From a virus (taxonomy: Duplodnaviria > Caudoviricetes): DNA of 24,122 nucleotides. Where the stretch lies: IMG/VR virus record IMGVR_UViG_3300025894_000066, positions 1 to 24,122 of that record; one strand, written 5' to 3'. The notes beneath the pieces were generated by a model, which saw nothing but the letters and a program-made list of their open reading frames with translations, made no database searches and was not told where the DNA came from. Both the position numbers and the translations under genes were made by a program. Positions 7,165 to 16,500 of this stretch are shown in pieces (within the stretch, counting starts at the first letter, position 1; every line of letters starts with the position of its first letter).

Positions 7165-7316
7165 ATATATTTGCCCGCAAGGACAACAAATGTATAAGTC
7201 ATGTTGACTATAAAACCGTAGTGATTGTATCGTTATTACAATAAGGTTTCCCAGAAATGGATAAAGACCGATTAATTGGAATATGGTTTAATACATTTGT
7301 ATTATGCTCTCTATTC
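7165..7316 (+). ncRNA. Structured 5' leader of the major capsid gene (cis-regulatory RNA candidate)
   Basis: Series of hairpins read by eye, two of which share a GNRA loop and a C/AYAA internal loop (7165-7195, 7245-7269). Confidence 0.55.
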
Positions 7317-7343
7317 TTAACTTTTAAATAAGGACTAAATAAC

Positions 7344-8201
7344 ATGAGTACACAAATAACAACAGCTTTTGTAGAACAATACAAAAGTAATGTGTTTCAT
7401 CTTGCACAACAAAAAGGTTCAAGGTTAAGAGGTGCGGTTAAATCTGAAACGGTAACTGGTACATCTCATTACTTTGAAAGAATTGGTGCAACTGCGGCAC
7501 AAGTAAGAACAACAAGACATTCTAACACACCTCAAATTGACACGCCTCACTCAAGAAGAAAAGTGACGCTTGCTGATTACGATTGGGCAGATTTAATTGA
7601 CCAAGAGGATAAAGTAAGAATGTTGATTTCACCTCAATCTGAATATGCGAAAGCTGGTGCTTACGCTATGGGTAGAGCAATGGATGACGCAATTATTGCG
7701 GCCGCTTCTGGCAATGCATTTGGTGGAGTAGCTGGTGCTACTTCTGTTGCATTACCTGCTGGTCAAAAAATTGCAGTAGGCACTACTTCTCTAACAGTTG
7801 CAAAACTTATTGCGGCTAAAGAGATTTTAGATGCTTCTGACGTTGATCCAGATGAAACTAAATACTTGGTTTGTTCAGCTAAAGAGATTACTTCTCTATT
7901 AGGTGATGACAAAGTAACTTCTGCTGATTACAATTCAGTAAAAGCACTTGTTGCAGGCCAAATTGATAGTTTCATGGGCTTTAACTTCATCAGAACTGAA
8001 AGAATTGCGGCTTCTGGCGGAGATAATCTAGCACTTGCGTTCACTCAATCAGCTATTGGTCTTGCTCTTGGAAAAGACATTGCTACTAGAATATCTGAAA
8101 GAGATGACAAGAACTACGCAACTCAAGTATTCCTATCTATGACGATTGGTGCTACTAGAGTTGAAGATGAAAAAGTTGTAGAAATCGCTTGTAACGTATA
8201 A
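7344..8201 (+). CDS. Major capsid protein (BPP-1/HTVC010P-like)
   Basis: 285 aa; MSTQITTAFVEQY..LAQQKGSRLR, AMGRAMDDAII and GATRVEDEKVV motifs; TAAGGA SD; more C-ending codons, consistent with high expression. Confidence 0.93.
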   Translation: MSTQITTAFVEQYKSNVFHLAQQKGSRLRGAVKSETVTGTSHYFERIGATAAQVRTTRHSNTPQIDTPHSRRKVTLADYDWADLIDQEDKVRMLISPQSEYAKAGAYAMGRAMDDAIIAAASGNAFGGVAGATSVALPAGQKIAVGTTSLTVAKLIAAKEILDASDVDPDETKYLVCSAKEITSLLGDDKVTSADYNSVKALVAGQIDSFMGFNFIRTERIAASGGDNLALAFTQSAIGLALGKDIATRISERDDKNYATQVFLSMTIGATRVEDEKVVEIACNV

Positions 8202-8230
8202 TATACTTATACTTACAATTTTTTACAAAG

Positions 8231-8254
8231 TGGGGCGTTGAAATATACGCCCCA
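8231..8254 (+). terminator. GC-rich hairpin after the capsid gene (TGGGGCGT-N8-ACGCCCCA); attenuator or mRNA-stabilising stem
   Basis: 8-bp perfect stem with no following U-tract, so at best a leaky terminator. Confidence 0.6.
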
Positions 8255-8275
8255 TACAATATTTAAAAAGGATTT

Positions 8276-8848
8276 ATGGCTACAGAAGTTTCAATTTGTT
8301 CAAACGCATTAAGAAGATTAGGAGATGATCCTATTACATCTCTTACAGATGATACTGAAAGAGCAAGACTTTGTAATTCATTTTATCCAGATGCAAGAGA
8401 TGCAGTATTAAGATTACACACTTGGAACTTTGCAGTTACAAGAGCATCATTAGCACAATTAGCAACAGCACCCGCTTATGGGTTTGCATATCAATATTCA
8501 CTTCCTTCTGATTGTTTAAGAGTATTACAAATGGAAGAACCTCATTTTATTTTTAAAGTAGAAAACGTAGCTACTCACGGTAGAGTATTATTAACAGATG
8601 AAGGTACTGCAAACATTATGTATGTTGCAAGAGTTACTAATACTACTTTAATGGATAGTATGTTTGTTGATACACTTACTGCAAAATTAGCTACAGATTT
8701 AGCTTATCCTGTTACAAATTCTGTTCAATTACAAACTCAAATGCAGAAACTCTATGAATATAAACTTTCGGAAGCCCGTAGTGTTGATGGACAAGAAGGA
8801 TTTATTGATGATCTTGTTTCTGATACATTTACAACTTTCCGAAGATAA
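8276..8848 (+). CDS. Tail tubular protein A (adaptor, T7 gp11-like)
   Basis: ICSNALRRLG, HTWNFA and YQYSLPSDCLRV motifs; position after the capsid gene. Confidence 0.88.
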   Translation: MATEVSICSNALRRLGDDPITSLTDDTERARLCNSFYPDARDAVLRLHTWNFAVTRASLAQLATAPAYGFAYQYSLPSDCLRVLQMEEPHFIFKVENVATHGRVLLTDEGTANIMYVARVTNTTLMDSMFVDTLTAKLATDLAYPVTNSVQLQTQMQKLYEYKLSEARSVDGQEGFIDDLVSDTFTTFRR

Positions 8849-11094
8849 TGGCTAGAGTACATCCTTTTCAAACTAACTTTACTGCTGGTGAATTAACACC
8901 AAAACTTGCAGGCCAAATTGATTTTAAAAAATACAATAATGGCGTTGAGATAATGGAAAACATGACAGTATTTCCACAAGGCGGTGCATCAAGAAGATAT
9001 GGTACTAGATATGTAGCACCAGTTAAAGATAGTTCTAAAGTAACTAGATTAATTCCTTTTGAATTTAATGTTGAGCAATCATATGTATTAGAATTTGGAG
9101 ATCAATATATTAGATTTTATAAAGATGATGGTCAAATAACTTCTGGTGGTTCTCCATATGAAATATCTACAAATATTACAGAAGATAAATTATTTGAAAT
9201 ACAATTTACACAATCAGCAGACGTTATGTATATTGTACATGAAAGTTTACCTCCACAAAAATTATCAAGATTAGGTCATACTAATTGGACATTATCAACA
9301 GTACAATTTGAAAATGGCCCGTTTTTAGATAAAAATACAGGATCAATAACTTTTACTTCATCTCAACATACTGTTGGAACAGGAAGAACTTTAACTGCAT
9401 CTGGTTCTGGTTTTGGTAAAGATAATAATGGTTTTCATTCAACTGATGTTGGAAGAAGTATTTTAATGAAAGATGGTGATGGTGTTATTACAGGATATAC
9501 TTCTGCAACAGTTGTTACTTGGGAAGTAAAAAAAGATTTAGGTGCATCAACAGCTACAACAGAATGGGCATTAGGTGCTTGGTCTGAACACACAGGATAT
9601 CCTAAAACAGTTTCATTTTTTGAACAAAGATTAGTATTTGGTGGTAGTACATATTATCCACAAACTATATGGGCATCTGAAAGTGGTTTTTATGAAAAAT
9701 TTGATACAGGTGCAGGTGATCCTGCAGATGCATTTATTTATACTATTGCCGCTAACAAAGTAAACACTATAAGATGGTTAGCACCCGCTAGAGATTTAAT
9801 TGTAGGTACTGCTGGTGGTGAATTTAAAGTTGGAAAACCTGCTGGTGAGCCTTTACAACCCGATAACGTACAGATTACACAACAAACTACTTATGGTGGT
9901 TATACAACACAACCTATTCAAATTGGTAACGCTGTATTATTTTTACAAAGACAAAGAAAAAAGATTAGAGAATTTTCTTACAGATTTGAAGATGATGCAT
10001 ATCTTGCACCAGACATGACATTGCTTGCTGAACATATTACAGGTAATGGAATTATTGATGTTGATTATGCACAAGAACCAGAAAGTATTTATTGGGCAGT
10101 AAGAGAAGATGGTACTTTATTAGGTATGACTTACCAAAGAGAAGAAGATGTTATTGCTTGGCATAGACATATTATTGGTGGTTCATTTAAACAAACTTTT
10201 AATGCGGCAACTGATGTTACACCTAAAACAACTGATCCTCTTTTTAATGGTTTTATTACAATATCTGGTCATGGTTTTGTTACAGGTGATAAAGTTTTAT
10301 ATAGCGCAAACGGTGGAACTAAAATTGGTGGCTTACAAGATAATACTTATTATTATGTTATAGCAAAAGACGCTAACAATATTGAATTTGCAGAAACATA
10401 CCAACAAGCAAAAGATAGAACTGTAATACAAATATCTGCTGGTGTTGGTACACAAAATATACAATCACAAGCTAAAGTTAAATCTATTTGTACTATTTCA
10501 GAAGAATTAGAAAATCAAACATGGATTATTGTTGAAAGAAAAGTAAACGGTAGCATAGTAAAATATGTTGAATATTTAGATAAAAATGTAAATATGGATA
10601 GTTGTTTATCTACAACTGTAAATGCTAGTAGTACAACAATAACAGGATTAAATCATTTAGAAGGTGAAAGTGTACAAATACTTATTGGTGACGCTGTATA
10701 TCCAAATCAAATAGTTACAAGTGGAGAAATATCTGTTAGTCTATCACCAAATACAGGTTATAAATCTTTAGAAGTTGGTCTTGGTTTTGTATCTCAACTT
10801 AAGACTATGAGAGTAGAAGCTGGCGCATCTGCTGGTACTGCACAAGGTAGAAAAAAGAGATATAATGAAGTTATGGTAAGATTACATAAAACAGTAGGAA
10901 TTAATATAAATGGAGATCAATTACCATTTAGAACATCATCCACTCCAATGGGTCAAAATATTAAAGAATTTACTGGAGATAAAAGAGTAATTAATCTAGG
11001 ATGGGATCGTGACGGACAAATAATTATAAAACAAGAACAACCATTACCTATGACAATTTTAGGAATAACAGGAACATTAGTAACAAGTGATTAA
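8848..11094 (+). CDS. Tail tubular protein B (nozzle, T7 gp12/P22 gp10-like)
   Basis: QTNFTAGELTP start, FFEQRLVFGG and AWHRH motifs; beta-rich 748 aa; TAATG-coupled to tube A. Confidence 0.9.
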   Translation: MARVHPFQTNFTAGELTPKLAGQIDFKKYNNGVEIMENMTVFPQGGASRRYGTRYVAPVKDSSKVTRLIPFEFNVEQSYVLEFGDQYIRFYKDDGQITSGGSPYEISTNITEDKLFEIQFTQSADVMYIVHESLPPQKLSRLGHTNWTLSTVQFENGPFLDKNTGSITFTSSQHTVGTGRTLTASGSGFGKDNNGFHSTDVGRSILMKDGDGVITGYTSATVVTWEVKKDLGASTATTEWALGAWSEHTGYPKTVSFFEQRLVFGGSTYYPQTIWASESGFYEKFDTGAGDPADAFIYTIAANKVNTIRWLAPARDLIVGTAGGEFKVGKPAGEPLQPDNVQITQQTTYGGYTTQPIQIGNAVLFLQRQRKKIREFSYRFEDDAYLAPDMTLLAEHITGNGIIDVDYAQEPESIYWAVREDGTLLGMTYQREEDVIAWHRHIIGGSFKQTFNAATDVTPKTTDPLFNGFITISGHGFVTGDKVLYSANGGTKIGGLQDNTYYYVIAKDANNIEFAETYQQAKDRTVIQISAGVGTQNIQSQAKVKSICTISEELENQTWIIVERKVNGSIVKYVEYLDKNVNMDSCLSTTVNASSTTITGLNHLEGESVQILIGDAVYPNQIVTSGEISVSLSPNTGYKSLEVGLGFVSQLKTMRVEAGASAGTAQGRKKRYNEVMVRLHKTVGININGDQLPFRTSSTPMGQNIKEFTGDKRVINLGWDRDGQIIIKQEQPLPMTILGITGTLVTSD

Positions 11095-11108
11095 GGAGAT
11101 TAAATAAT

Positions 11109-11546
11109 ATGGCATGGCAAGTATTGGCCGCAATGGCCGCAAGTACAGCAGTTACGTTGATGGGTCAACGTCAACAAATGAAAACTATGAAAGCAAATGC
11201 GGCTTGGCAAAATTATGAAAATGAACTTTCATTTCAATATGAAAAACAAAAGACATTAAAAGCACAAGCTAAATTAATGAGCAAACAAAGAGCCGCTATA
11301 GGCGCATCTGGCGCACAATTTACTGGTTCACCATTAATTGCATCTAATGCAGATTTTGAAGAATTTGAAAGTGATTTATGGTATATGGAAAAAAGATTTT
11401 TTGTTCAAAGTGCGGCAAGAGATGCTGAACTAACAGGATTACTTACAGCCCAAAAATATAAAATGGGTCAAACATTATTGTCTGGCGCAAGTAGTGGTGT
11501 AAATTATAAATATGGAAATAAAGCCGCAAATACTACAGGAACTTAA
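11109..11546 (+). CDS. Small internal virion (ejection) protein, gp14-like
   Basis: AAGGAG SD; hydrophobic Ala-rich N-terminus; QRAAIGASG..GSPL motif; position after the nozzle. Confidence 0.7.
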   Translation: MAWQVLAAMAASTAVTLMGQRQQMKTMKANAAWQNYENELSFQYEKQKTLKAQAKLMSKQRAAIGASGAQFTGSPLIASNADFEEFESDLWYMEKRFFVQSAARDAELTGLLTAQKYKMGQTLLSGASSGVNYKYGNKAANTTGT

Positions 11547-11548
11547 TA

Positions 11549-11728
11549 ATGATTTATTTAATTAAAGTTTGGGATGGTATGGAAAAAATATTTGAAGGTT
11601 ATTCAAGAACTGATCCTACTGTTAATAAAGAATTTAATGCATGGACAGATAAAACAGATGAACAAGGAACAGCAACAAAGGTAAATTTTACACCTGCTAG
11701 ATATAGGATTACATATGAAACTGCCTAG
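11549..11728 (+). CDS. Hypothetical 59-aa protein (MIYLIKVWDGMEKIFEGYSRTDPTVNKEFNAWTDKTDEQGTATKVNFTPARYRITYETA)
   Basis: Manual translation; fills the gap exactly with genome-typical codons; overlaps the next start by 14 nt. Confidence 0.75.
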   Translation: MIYLIKVWDGMEKIFEGYSRTDPTVNKEFNAWTDKTDEQGTATKVNFTPARYRITYETA

Positions 11729-13547
11729 ATATACAAGTCAAAATTCATCTGGTGTTGTTTCTAGTAATAGATCATTAACAACTGGTACTCAAACTGGTAG
11801 TGCTATTGCTGATATAGGTGCATTAGCTTTAAATAAAGTTGCTGAATATGGTGTAATGAAAAATAACCATGAAGCAAAATTAAGAAGATTAGATATTAAT
11901 ACTAATAAATCTTTATCAGACAGTATGATGTTTGGTAAAGTTTCTGAATTTGAAAATAGTTTAGAAACTAGAGAAGATTTTTTAACTCCAGAAAATTGGT
12001 TATTAGATTTTGATAAGCAATCAAAAGGATGGGAAAAAGAATTTAAAGAAGGTTTAGATGAGCAAACTTGGAAAGAATATCAACCTTTATATTATCAAAA
12101 GTTTTTTGAAAGTAAAAACAAAGTTGTTAAAGCAGTAAATAATCAAAAGTTAAAAAATGCAGGTCATGCTTTTAATGAATCAGTTAATACATTTCAAAAA
12201 TCAGTAGAAAATTCTACATCTTTAAATGAAATAGAAGCACAATATGAATTATTTACTGAAATACATTTAAAAGACAATGTTAAAACTAATCTATTTGATG
12301 CAGATAAATTTAACGCAGTTAAAGATGAGGCTAAACAATTTACAAATTTAAAATACACAATGTTTCAAGCAACAGAAGGTTTAAATATTTTATCACCTAA
12401 TGGTAGTAAAGAAGTAGATTGGAATAATGTTGTATCAAGATTAAAAAATAAAGAATTTAAAATGTTAGATATTGATGGTAATGAACTTACTGTAGATGAT
12501 GATTTAAGACAAACTTTAATTAAAGATGCTAATGAAAAATTTACTACTCAAAATTCTTTACACACAAAACAAAAAGAAGAAAAGAATAAAACTATCAAAT
12601 TAGATTTTACCAATAGAATAATTGGTATGGAAACTGGATCAGAAGAAGGTAAAGAAGGTGCTAAAAATTTTATGGCTGATTTAGAAAAATCAGATTTAGA
12701 ACCTACAACAAAATTAAGTTTAAGAACTGCATACAATGCATCTCTTAATAATATGAAAAATGGTAAAAATAGTTGGAACTCTGTACAAGGACAACAAGCA
12801 TTATCTTTAACTACTTATTTAGTTGCATCTGGTGCAATGGACACAGAAGAAGAAAGAGATGTCATTTTTGATATGATGGCTAAAGGTTTATTAGAACCTA
12901 AAACTGCATTAAGTTTATATAATGAAAGTATTAAACTAACTAAAAATAGAAACGTATATAAAAAAGATTTAACTACAAGAGCAACTTCTATGCTTATGAA
13001 AGAAATAGGTGCTGGAGAAGGTGTAATGAGTTTATTAAATAATTTATCAAATATTCCACCTGCGGAAAGAACAGTAGCTTTAACTGCGGCATTAGATAGT
13101 GGAAGAATGACACAAGAAGCATATAACGCTATGAATAATATGTTTAGCTTACTTGCTCAAGGTGAAAGAAAAGGATTTACATACGAAAATATGTTAGTCA
13201 ATCAAAGACATCCAAACTACATTTTAAATGATTTAATTTCATCTTATAAAGGTTCTATGGATGACGCTAGATTAAAAGAATTACAAACTAAAATTGATGG
13301 TCTTGTAGGTACAACAGAAACAGATAAAACTTTCTATATTATGCCTACAGAATACTTTACAAAGAAAACACCTTCAAATGCTAATATGATTATGCCACAA
13401 AGACTTGAGGGAGAAGGTGTATTAGAATATGTTAAACGTGCTAAAAAATTAATTAAAAGAAATGATAACTTACCGAGTGTTATAACAGGTCAAACTATAG
13501 AAACATTAGACATATCAGACTTGTTTATAGTACCAGATTTTGAATAA
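11715..13547 (+). CDS. Internal virion protein, gp15-like by position
   Basis: 610 aa, helical and charged; lies between the small and giant internal proteins. No family motif recognised. Confidence 0.6.
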   Translation: MKLPRYTSQNSSGVVSSNRSLTTGTQTGSAIADIGALALNKVAEYGVMKNNHEAKLRRLDINTNKSLSDSMMFGKVSEFENSLETREDFLTPENWLLDFDKQSKGWEKEFKEGLDEQTWKEYQPLYYQKFFESKNKVVKAVNNQKLKNAGHAFNESVNTFQKSVENSTSLNEIEAQYELFTEIHLKDNVKTNLFDADKFNAVKDEAKQFTNLKYTMFQATEGLNILSPNGSKEVDWNNVVSRLKNKEFKMLDIDGNELTVDDDLRQTLIKDANEKFTTQNSLHTKQKEEKNKTIKLDFTNRIIGMETGSEEGKEGAKNFMADLEKSDLEPTTKLSLRTAYNASLNNMKNGKNSWNSVQGQQALSLTTYLVASGAMDTEEERDVIFDMMAKGLLEPKTALSLYNESIKLTKNRNVYKKDLTTRATSMLMKEIGAGEGVMSLLNNLSNIPPAERTVALTAALDSGRMTQEAYNAMNNMFSLLAQGERKGFTYENMLVNQRHPNYILNDLISSYKGSMDDARLKELQTKIDGLVGTTETDKTFYIMPTEYFTKKTPSNANMIMPQRLEGEGVLEYVKRAKKLIKRNDNLPSVITGQTIETLDISDLFIVPDFE

Positions 13548-13549
13548 AT

Positions 13550-16500
13550 ATGAAAATAACAGCTTTACAATTATCACAAGCTGGTTTTGATAACGATACA
13601 ATTAAATCGTATGTTGATAACCAAGTTCCTTTATTAGAAAAAGCAGGTTTTAGTAAAAACGAAATATATAAATCTTACGGTATTACACAAGTACAAAATA
13701 CCCCATTACATGATTTTCACATGATGGAAGATACTACTGCTATTACAGATAATAGTATGACTATAGGTCAAAAATCTAGTTTAATGAAAACTCAAGACCA
13801 AGAAAATGCAAACACTATTAACAGTAGCAAAACAAGTGATGCAAAATACAATCTTAAAAACACTACATTTGATTTACTTAAAAACGAAGATCAAGCTAAA
13901 ATTGTAGAAAAAATTGGTGAAGCATACAAATTATTTAAAGAAGATGATGAAGGTAGAATTGGTTTTATAGATAATTGGATGGAAAATTACTATCCAAATA
14001 TTGCCTATGAAAAGAAAAACTTTATGAATAATCCAGAATTAAGTTTAGCTGAAAGTGCTTTAAATGATGAGCAAGTTAAAATGATAGATGGTCTAACAGC
14101 TAAAGATAAAATATCTGGTAATTTAGGTTTTATTGAAGAAGAAGGTAGGTATGTATTTGACCAAAATTTTGTAGAAGCTGAAAAAGAAAGAAAATTTAAT
14201 GAAAAAATAAATGTATTACATACAGCATTTTCTACAGGTCAAAACACTTTATCATTATTAGAATATACTAAACAAAATTATGGATTTAATGATATGCAAA
14301 ATATGTATCTTAATGAATTCATGTCATTTGTTTCAGCATTAGAAAGTGATAATAAAAATATTTATAATGCAGATGGTAGTGCGGCTGGTTTATTTCAATT
14401 TAGAAAGTCTGGTTTTAGAACTGCAATAAATAGATTTAATAACATTATGACTAGAATGAACCCTAATTATGAATTACCTAATTGGGTTCAAGATGCATTA
14501 GTACACCAAGACCCTACAAGATTATCACCAGATGAACAAAAAGCATTAGCATTAGCTAACTTTTTAGAAATGCCCGCAAGCACAAAGTTTAATCGTGCAG
14601 GTTCAGATGCTTTATTAAAAGCAATTGCAGACGGTGATGTTGATGCAATGAAAGAATTATACATAAAATATCATCATGCTGATTATGAAAAAGTACCAGA
14701 TATAGAAGCAGGAGATGGTCAAGAATATAGACTTGTAGATAATGAAGCATTAAGAGATAGAACGGATAAATATTTTTCTAAATGGGGTACTGATAATTAT
14801 GAATATCAAACAGCGCAATTAGCTTATTGGGGTAATGATAATATAGTTACTAAAGCATTAGAAAAATTACCTGCTAATGCAGGAGATAAATTATTAAATG
14901 CTTTTGGTGGTAAAGGTTATTACAACGTATTTACAAATGGATATGAACAATCTGTAAATGGTGTAATGGATAGATATTATCAAGTATTTATTGATGATCC
15001 TAATGCTGATCCATATGAAGCAATACAAAAAGTATTTATGTATCAAGAACAAAGATTTGATAAAGATATTATTTCTGCGGCTACAACATTAGTTAATGAT
15101 TTACCTTATATGGTAACAGGTTGTTTTGCGGCCGCAGGTACAGCAATAGTTGGTAGTTTAGGTACATCTGCACCTGCTACACCTGTTATATGTGGTGCTG
15201 GTGGTTTTGCATTACCAGAAGTTATGAGATCATCATATATGAGAGCAATAGAAGATAATTATGTAGGATCATTTTCAGAATTTTTAAGTCATTATATGGA
15301 TAAAAAAACAGCAGTAGTTGCAGGTAAATCAGCAGTTATTGGTGGTGCTACATTTGGTGTTGGTGCAAAAGTAAAAGCAGTTACAGGAAGTACAACAGCT
15401 AGACTTGCATCAGAAATAGCTGTTATGACTACTCTAGGGGCGGCTATGGAAGGCCACGTACCTACTTTAAAAGACTTTGCTCATGCTACTGTCTTGGTTT
15501 TTGGAGTACATGGATCAATAAGAGGTATGAGTGTATTTAAAGATATTTATTCACAATATTCAAGACATCCTAGAGATGTTATTAAAGATATGGAAAGTGA
15601 TGTTAGTATAAGAGTTGCAATAGAAAACGGTGAAATACCATCTGTTTATAAACAAGGTTCAGAAACAGTTATTAAAGGATTAGAAAAACAAGCTGATATT
15701 AAATTATTACCACCACCAAAATTTAAAAACAATGAAACTGTAAACATATCTACATCTTCAACAGAAGTTGCTAAAGTTAAAGGTAAAGAAACAATAGGAT
15801 CAGAAAGTGTAATTATTGTTGAAAAACCAAATGGTGCAACAATTCCTGTATTAGAAAGTCAAGTTAGAAAAGCACCTACTAAACCAGTAGAGGTAATAAT
15901 AGAAGGTGATAAAATATTTATTAATCTTAAAAAAGATAATTCATTTAAAGAAAGAAAAGAAAACGGTGAATTTGCGGCAGATATAGTTGAGTTAGTAAAA
16001 GATGCAGAAGGTGTATTTAGAGAAACTAATTTTAAATCTACACCACAAGCAGTTGTAAGAGAAACTGGATCATCTACTAAAGTAGTTACATTAGATGGTA
16101 AAACTATTGCTAATGAAAGTATTACAATTCAAAGTAAATTCTATCCAGAACTAACTAAACTGTTTAATAAAAACCAAACTAAAAAAACAGAATACAAAAA
16201 TGCTAAAGATTTTATCAATAATGAAAGAGGTCAAATATCAAGCAGAAACAAAAAAGCAGAAATACTATTTGCATTAGAAGCAGGTGGTAAATCTAAATTT
16301 CCAGTTGACACTTTAATTGTTAGAGTTGGTAATGAAAATGTAGCAATCAATAGATCAGCTTATGAACAACTAATTAAATTTACAGAAAATGGACAAGTAA
16401 AAACTGCTCAAGTTATGGGTGCAGGTAAAGATAGCCCTATACTATTTTTACATCCAGAAACTAATAAAATTTTAGCTACAATTAAACCAGAGAAAATACA

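Noticed and set aside
8180-8275. T7 10A/10B-style capsid frameshift extension
   Set aside because: No clear slippery heptamer before the stop, and only 74 nt of intergenic space, which contains a hairpin.
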